Source of the DNA: a bacterium
Lineage (GTDB): Bacteria; Hinthialibacterota; Hinthialibacteria; Hinthialibacterales; Hinthialibacteraceae
Length of the DNA: 64,000 nt
Direction of reading: 5' to 3'
NCBI GenBank assembly: GCA_963662285.2
Contig: CAXXMV010000008.1
Location: 352,001-416,000, forward strand
The notes beneath the pieces are model-generated. The model was not told the DNA's origin and ran no database searches. It worked only from the letters and a program-made list of their open reading frames with translations. Each line of letters begins with the position of its first letter. Positions within the stretch are counted from its first letter, which is position 1. Positions 58,394 through 64,000 of this stretch are shown here, in pieces. A program made the translations under genes and the position numbers.

Positions 58394-58619
58394 GGGTGCC
58401 AAGGGCAGTGTATTTTCTGCCCTTGATCAAGCCTCTTATTTCACGAATACATAATAATCATTATATTCTTAGTTTTTATTACTGGATTAATTCGTAAATA
58501 ATTAAATATTGAGTAAATCATGGAGCGGATTTTAATATTAACTTTTGATAATCATAGGATTAATTACATTTCTCCATGGTTATTAGTCAAGGACAGAAAG
58601 GACACTGTCCTTGGCACCC
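58394..58619. repeat. Inverted-doublet (REPIN/MITE-like) element with unrelated AT-rich interior
   Basis: Ends GGGTGCCAAGGGCAGTGTATTTTCTGCCCTTGA and TCAAGGACAGAAAGGACACTGTCCTTGGCACCC. Confidence 0.8.
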
Positions 58620-58641
58620 ACGCTTCCATTGCATTTATTTA

Positions 58642-59175
58642 TCATTTACCTGGATTACTTTTCATCGTTTTTTTTTGATTCGACTTAATGAAATCATTCG
58701 AAAAGATATCTACTAGATCTATCAACCCTTGGATTATGAATTCTCGATCAAAGCCATGAATACCAACTACGTCTTTATGATAAGGAGATGCTACAACTAT
58801 GTGCTTATTTTTACCAACCCAATAATACATTATTCGATTAAAATGGATTTTAATAGAAAATGCATTACTTTTCACATTGCATTGCACATAGAGGTACACA
58901 TCGGACTTTGTTTGATCTTCTTTATTACATACAGTTATCCCATTTCTGTGAAGTTGTAGTTCAACCTTGCTTTTAATTAAATCACATATAAGACCTAATT
59001 TTTCACATTCGTCATCTAATCTTTCAATGACAACTGGTATCTTAGTTCCAGGCAACACCTCAAGCCCTGTACCTGCCGTGAGCGCTTCAATCTCAGTACT
59101 CTCTGTCAAAGTACGCCCCGTGACCGTAATCAATAGTAATGTAATAATTACCAATGTTTTAGTGGTCTTTTTCAT
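58642..59175 (-). CDS. Hypothetical exported protein (low GC)
   Basis: 177 aa, MKK + hydrophobic signal, RBS-like GGGTAGG; no family I can name. Confidence 0.72.
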   Translation of the reverse strand: MKKTTKTLVIITLLLITVTGRTLTESTEIEALTAGTGLEVLPGTKIPVVIERLDDECEKLGLICDLIKSKVELQLHRNGITVCNKEDQTKSDVYLYVQCNVKSNAFSIKIHFNRIMYYWVGKNKHIVVASPYHKDVVGIHGFDREFIIQGLIDLVDIFSNDFIKSNQKKTMKSNPGK

Positions 59176-59261
59176 TGTTAGTACCTACCCTTCAGTATAA
59201 GATTTCCATAATCAATGAGAAGTTAAGCCTTGAGGTATACATAAAGTCATAAGTGATAATA

Positions 59262-59299
59262 TCAAGAACTGATCGCTTCGTTTTCTTGCCCTTGGCACC
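59262..59299 (-). repeat. Diverged GGTGCCAAGGGCA family repeat
   Basis: Minus strand reads GGTGCCAAGGGCAAGAAAACGAAGCGATCAGTTCTTGA, 11 nt after the stop of the 59311 gene. Confidence 0.7.
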
Positions 59300-59310
59300 A
59301 ATGCTTAATA

Positions 59311-59619
59311 TTAATTCTTAATTTGCTTGACTGCTGGATCGTTATCACTCCTATCTTTTTCTTTCCATAAATTTCCTGGTAGTAATCTCTTCAATTCCGA
59401 AACAAAAAGTTCACGATATTCGGATTTAGAGAACCTAAACGTTACTTGGTTTTCATCATCTAACCAATCTTTTTCCTTTGTACCGCCCCATGGAATATTA
59501 TTGTTTCCAGTGCGCTGACAATATTTACTTAGTGCTCTAAGGCAATAAACTACTGGTTCATCTTCAGTATGGATGGTAATACTGAATTTATGATCGGCGT
59601 GTTTGGTCATTTTGGTCAT
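59311..59619 (-). CDS. Small hypothetical protein (low GC)
   Basis: About 100 aa with protein-like composition (FSITIHTED..CLRALS..IPWGGT..VTFRFS); start uncertain (59610-59625). Confidence 0.7.
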   Translation of the reverse strand: MTKMTKHADHKFSITIHTEDEPVVYCLRALSKYCQRTGNNNIPWGGTKEKDWLDDENQVTFRFSKSEYRELFVSELKRLLPGNLWKEKDRSDNDPAVKQIKN

Positions 59620-59841
59620 AATCAATTACCATTTCTGATTACTTCATAAAAGTATAATATCCAACTTTATCAGAGTCTGAATTTATCAGTATAGAATATC
59701 TTTTCCTAAGAATTATTAAATTATTTTAATTTTACTATACGAAACAGACAAAACATAGGGATTGCTGCATATCTATTTTATTACTATATAATACGTAAGT
59801 ATAATTAGACGATTATTCTAAGAATAGTAATAGGATAACAA

Positions 59842-60197
59842 CCCCCTCTTGAATTCTCCCCCAACTTGGGGGAGAGGGATTTTGGGATATAACCAACTGT
59901 ATTGTTATGGCTTAGTTATACAAAAACCGTAGGAAAAGCATCCCTCTCCCAAGATTGGGAGAGGCTAGGTGAGGGTTGATAGCAGCCACCCATGTATTAT
60001 AAAATCCAGGTCATCCTTCCATCCAGAGTATCCAGATTCAGACAACAGAAATTACCTGGGCGCTATAAACACCAAAATCAGGAAAATAACTTGGTAGGTT
60101 TTTGATATGAGTGGGTGGTTCTTTGATGGGTCGGTGAGGCATGACCCATCCTACGCGTGGGTAAGCATTCCTCTCCCCCAAAAGCGAGGGAGAGGAA
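59842..60197. repeat. Cluster of palindromic repeats (three CCCTCTCCC-type variants, an ATCCAGATTCAGACAA motif, one GTAG-type REP)
   Basis: Copies at 59842-59879, 59941-59976, about 60030-60045 (inverted copy at about 49747-49763), 60125-60154 and 60168-60197. Confidence 0.7.
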
Positions 60198-60211
60198 TTT
60201 TGGGGATATTG

Positions 60212-62872
60212 TTAAACCGAAACCAGCGAAAATTCGTTGCCGCCGTTTTTCAGTTGATAACGGGCGCAGCCATCAGGCGATGATCCTTTGGCTTTGGCAA
60301 GATTGATCTTCTCAGTTTTGGGAACAACCAGTTCGCAATTCATGCCATCGGGAATATCAAGCGTGATTTTTCGGGCGCCCGGTTTACCTTTGGAGGAAAA
60401 CTGTATCGGGCCGCGCACGGTATAGGCTGTCGCGCTGATATCTCCCAGATCGGCCAGTTGGGGGCGAATCTGGCAGCGGGTGAATCCGTTTTCCAGCGGC
60501 TGGATGCCTATCAGGTTCATGAATAGAAGATAGAGCGGCGCTACCGGACAATGGCTCCATTGCGAGCCGCCGTCTTTTTTGGCGGTCCAATCTTCCTGCA
60601 AGGTGTTATTCAACACAACCGAATCCATGGTCGCCCAACGCTTGCGCAGATCATCAACCAAGACATCATTGCGCCCGGCTTTCGACAAAGCCCACAAGCG
60701 CCATCCAGCGTTGGCCGGATATGATAGTCCCATCGTGCCGGGGCATTCAACCAGCGTCTTTATAGTGTTTGTGATATTTCCTTTTGGATTCTGGTCAAAC
60801 AGAACAGAGGTAGCCAGCGATCGGTCGCACATGCGGATTCCGCCTTCTTGATCAACCCAGGGAAGATTATTGACGAACATGCCATGTTTCTTGCTCCAGT
60901 ATTTCTTAACCGCAGCGGCCTGGAGGCTTTCACTCAACCTGATAAACCGGGCGGCGGCGTCATCGTCGCCAAAGGCGCGGCAGATCGGCGCCAGGGCGTG
61001 CTTGAACATGGCGGAGGCATAGAGATTGAAGGCGCACTGCTTATGCCGTTGCTGCTCAAATGCATTATGATCCAACCAAACCGCCGGGATGCCGATATCC
61101 TCAACCGCCAACAATCCATCATCTCGGATAATAGTTTTCAAAAACTCAGCGAAACGCAGCAACCGTGGATATGGTTCTTCTAGGGCTTTCAAATCTCCGG
61201 TATAAAGATAGTGATGATAGCAATCGAAATTCAACCCTATGCCATGATCCAGCAACGGCCCCCATTTAGTCAGGTTCAATTGTCTTTCCATCAACCGCGC
61301 CATACGGTCATAGGCCGGCCAGCAATCCAGGAAATATCCGTCTTTGGTCATTCCCTGGCTGAAAGTTTTTAAGTAGCGGGCGGGCTGTCTGGTCTCTCCA
61401 AAAGTATAGTAGATGGAGTGCAGGGTATGTCCCACGTCTCCGCTGTATTGCTGCCGCTCACGGGCCATGCCATCCACAATGGTTTCCTGAGCGCAGTTAT
61501 GCAGAGTATTGATGGTTGCATCAAATAACCGCTGCAGCGCCGGTTCGGAACTCCGAACTTGCGGTTGATTAGGCCAGTTATATATCCTACGTAAAACGCC
61601 TATGTTACGTATCGTAACCTCACCCTTAGTTCCGTGTATATGCAACTGAATCCAGCGGCAGCTTTCAAAATCGAAAGTATGAAATTTGTTGACTCCCTGC
61701 TTGCATATAAAACGGGTCCAGGAGTTATAATGAGAGTTCAATAACGGCGGGCCTCCAGGTTGATGAGCCTCGTGAACCATCATTTCAATAACAGTTCCTT
61801 CCGGCGCGTCAATCGTAAAATAAGGCCACCCAACGACCTGATCTTTGAATTCGAAGGTCAGCGCGGCGCCACTTTCTCCATCAATTTCAACGCCCCATTC
61901 TCCAGCAGATTTCTCTATGACTGAAGTATGTTTAACCGCCTTAAAACTATCGGGAGGCATACATTCAAAATACTCTTGCGGTGGACGCTTCCAGTCAATC
62001 AAATACGACTCACGCAATAAGGCGACTGGAACCTCATATTCTTTCATCAAGGGAACGCTACGTGGACTCAGGTAGCACTCTTCCTTATTACCACGAATTT
62101 CCAGCATATATTCTGAATAGTTTGAACAGATTGAGCTATCATCTGCCGCATTCTCAATCTCCATAGCCGGAAGCCAATCATCATTTATTTCAAATTCAGG
62201 CTTCTCCCAACCATAAGGATAAAGCCGCGCATCAAATTCTTCCTGTAACGAGCGCAGATACCAGCGTTTGTATTGTCCCGGTTTCCAAGAACGCGCCAGA
62301 TGCGCTTTCCATGACGAGTCGGAAATCAACTCATAATTTCCTTCTTCTTCCGTATTCATGGTTAGATTAAAGATGAAGCCCGGTTTACCAAGTGGAGAGG
62401 TTCCATCACCTTGGCCGTAAAATAATACCTTAGCGGCGATAACATTCTTGCCCGGACGCAAAGCGGATGTAATATCAACCGGATCGGCTTCCAACCACCG
62501 GGGGTCGCAGGGAGTAGGCCCCCAGTTGATTCTTTCACCATTAACCAACAGTTCATAACGGCTATCCGCCAGCACCCAGCCCAAGGCGATGCGGGGTGCG
62601 AATTTCAATTCAAATTCACGCCGGAATAAAACAAAAGTATTCTGAAGACAACGTTCAGACGGATACCAGATCCACTTGGCGGGCGATAAATCAAGACGAC
62701 CATCAACCACCTGATTCTGCAAAATAGCTGATGGACTGTTCGGTTGTTTATTAGCAGGCGCCGCCGCAATCGGCTGACCGGGCAACAACGCAATAGCACT
62801 CCCCGCCGCAGCAGAATTCTTCAAAAAACGTCTTCTGGAAATAGGAGCATGAGGCATATTCTCATTAGGCAT
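60212..62872 (-). CDS. Tat-exported alpha-L-rhamnosidase-like GH78 glycoside hydrolase
   Basis: SRRRFLK Tat motif; AKWIW, ADSRYELLVNG, DGMARERQQYSGD, TLQEDW..QWSHC, IRPQLADL. Confidence 0.85.
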   Translation of the reverse strand: MPNENMPHAPISRRRFLKNSAAAGSAIALLPGQPIAAAPANKQPNSPSAILQNQVVDGRLDLSPAKWIWYPSERCLQNTFVLFRREFELKFAPRIALGWVLADSRYELLVNGERINWGPTPCDPRWLEADPVDITSALRPGKNVIAAKVLFYGQGDGTSPLGKPGFIFNLTMNTEEEGNYELISDSSWKAHLARSWKPGQYKRWYLRSLQEEFDARLYPYGWEKPEFEINDDWLPAMEIENAADDSSICSNYSEYMLEIRGNKEECYLSPRSVPLMKEYEVPVALLRESYLIDWKRPPQEYFECMPPDSFKAVKHTSVIEKSAGEWGVEIDGESGAALTFEFKDQVVGWPYFTIDAPEGTVIEMMVHEAHQPGGPPLLNSHYNSWTRFICKQGVNKFHTFDFESCRWIQLHIHGTKGEVTIRNIGVLRRIYNWPNQPQVRSSEPALQRLFDATINTLHNCAQETIVDGMARERQQYSGDVGHTLHSIYYTFGETRQPARYLKTFSQGMTKDGYFLDCWPAYDRMARLMERQLNLTKWGPLLDHGIGLNFDCYHHYLYTGDLKALEEPYPRLLRFAEFLKTIIRDDGLLAVEDIGIPAVWLDHNAFEQQRHKQCAFNLYASAMFKHALAPICRAFGDDDAAARFIRLSESLQAAAVKKYWSKKHGMFVNNLPWVDQEGGIRMCDRSLATSVLFDQNPKGNITNTIKTLVECPGTMGLSYPANAGWRLWALSKAGRNDVLVDDLRKRWATMDSVVLNNTLQEDWTAKKDGGSQWSHCPVAPLYLLFMNLIGIQPLENGFTRCQIRPQLADLGDISATAYTVRGPIQFSSKGKPGARKITLDIPDGMNCELVVPKTEKINLAKAKGSSPDGCARYQLKNGGNEFSLVSV

Positions 62873-62895
62873 AATTAATCCCCCGAATATAAAAT

Positions 62896-63325
62896 GTAGG
62901 GGTAACCCTTGTGGTTACCCGATTGGCGATTTCCCGTTTTGATTTTAGGTATTCTGAATTACGGGCGCCCACAAGGGGCGCACCCTACAGCAATATATCA
63001 AATTTTTTGTACGCACGTAGGGGTAACCTTCATGGTTACCCGATTGGCGATCACCCGTTCTGATTTTAGGTATTCTGAATTACGGGCGCCCACAAGGGGC
63101 GCGCCCTACAGCAATATAACAAATTTTTTGTACGCACGTAGGGGTAACCTTCATGGTTACCCGATTGGCGATTTCCCGTTCTGATTTTAGGTATTCTGAA
63201 TTACGGGCGCCCACAAGGGGCGCACCCTACAACAATATAACAATTTGATAAACGCACGTAGGGGTAACCTTCATGGTTACCCGATTGGGGATAAAACATT
63301 TTGATTTTTTGGTAATCTAAATTAC
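62896..63325. repeat. Tandem array of about 3.5 x 121-bp units, each an inverted pair of GTAG-type REPs (BIME-like)
   Basis: Units start at 62896, 63017, 63138 and 63258. Each has GTAGGGGTAACC..GGTTACCC and GGGCGCCCACAAGGGGCGCACCCTAC with near-identical linkers. Confidence 0.92.
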
Positions 63326-63334
63326 AAAAATTAA

Positions 63335-64000
63335 TTATTTCCCGATAACTGCCAGTTCAACCGGAGATAGGGCGTCTATCAGCATCGAACAGAATTCTTC
63401 TGAAGAATCGACATTGCGGAGTTCAGCCAGGAAGGAAGCGTCTTTAGCTACTGACGCCATAGTGGAAAGCAATTTCAAATGCATACGGTTCCGGGGAGAG
63501 CATAACAGAAAAACCAGATCAACCGGCTCACCATCAACCGCCTTGAAATCAAGCGGCGTGTTCAACCGGGCGCCGACAATTAGTGGAACATGAAAAAGAT
63601 CATTGACCGGATGCCAGGCATGCGGCAAGGCAATTCCCTTCCCCACTCCAGTGGACAGATGGTTTTCCCGTTCTATCACAGCCTGCAAAAAGATTGACTT
63701 TTGCAACAGGTGACCACTGTCTATCAGAGTATCAACCATCCGCCCGAATAAAGCATCGATTGAATAAACGTCAATATCCAACAAAGTCCGGTCAGGAGCG
63801 GCAATTAGAAATTCGTCTTCATTCTCCCAGGTAGATGCGCCATTCCCATTAGCGATTTCACCCTCGCCGCCATTAAGGAACCATACCTCCAGCTGTGCGG
63901 GATGAAATCTCCACTGATTGCCTACCTTGGTAGCCGGAATCTTACTCGACTGAATCAGCCGATGAATGGTTCTTTCATTCACTTGAAGAGTTTCGCTAAC
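63335..64000 (-). CDS. PTS IIA (Ntr/Fru-type) protein with N-terminal excisionase-like HTH (5'-truncated by window edge)
   Basis: TLQVNERTIHRLIQSSKIPATKVGNQWRF HTH; ERENHLSTGVGKGIALPHA phospho-His motif; DFKAVDGEPVDLVFLL. Confidence 0.9.
   Translation of the reverse strand, partial: VSETLQVNERTIHRLIQSSKIPATKVGNQWRFHPAQLEVWFLNGGEGEIANGNGASTWENEDEFLIAAPDRTLLDIDVYSIDALFGRMVDTLIDSGHLLQKSIFLQAVIERENHLSTGVGKGIALPHAWHPVNDLFHVPLIVGARLNTPLDFKAVDGEPVDLVFLLCSPRNRMHLKLLSTMASVAKDASFLAELRNVDSSEEFCSMLIDALSPVELAVIGK

Noticed and set aside
62909-63184. 91-aa ORF with internal repeats
   Set aside because: It is a translation of the tandem REP array; no RBS or protein-like features.
62896-63325. Possible CRISPR array
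   Set aside because: The sequences between palindromes are near-identical rather than unique spacers, the period is 121 bp, and no cas genes are present.
63890-64000. Prophage excisionase
   Set aside because: The HTH is fused in frame to a PTS IIA domain; no phage or integrase genes in the window.
1-64000. tRNA, rRNA, known riboswitches, IS transposases
   Set aside because: No cloverleaf/T-loop, rRNA-like segment, recognisable riboswitch core or transposase ORF seen by inspection; a tRNAscan/Infernal run would be needed to exclude them formally.

Overview
64-kb chromosomal window of a moderately AT-rich (roughly mid-40s % GC by eye) heterotrophic bacterium. The solitary prepilin-like protein, ThiD2-type ThiE, HTH-PTS-IIA fusion and many Sec/Tat-exported glycosidases suggest an uncultured PVC-adjacent lineage such as OLB16/Hinthialibacterota or Sumerlaeota; this is inference only. 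It holds about 52 genes. Housekeeping: glnE, thiSGE, argH, dinB, apt, pyrF. Carbohydrate use: xylA, rbsK with a DMT sugar permease, two GH78, GH51, a sialidase-like protein, an alginate-lyase-family protein and two TIM-barrel GH-like proteins. Also present: a TRAP+USP transporter, an EtfB/ferredoxin-EtfA/membrane Fe-S oxidoreductase module, two toxin-antitoxin pairs, surface-glycan genes, a decayed cheW-MCP locus and a TPR/pilin-like/NtrC operon. I found no rRNA, tRNA, CRISPR array, integrase or transposase. Intergenic DNA carries about 30 short palindromic repeats in at least four families, including inverted doublets (REPIN-like), nested copies and a 121-bp tandem array. Three genes have single-base frameshifts (dctP, argH, MCP) that may be sequencing errors. 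Best leads: the repeat system and two cassette-like low-GC genes punctuated by it, a possible RBS-sequestering RNA leader at about 49.0-49.2 kb, an MCP whose signalling domain appears deleted, pilin-like proteins, and a possible C-terminal sorting tail. None is established as a new system from sequence alone.
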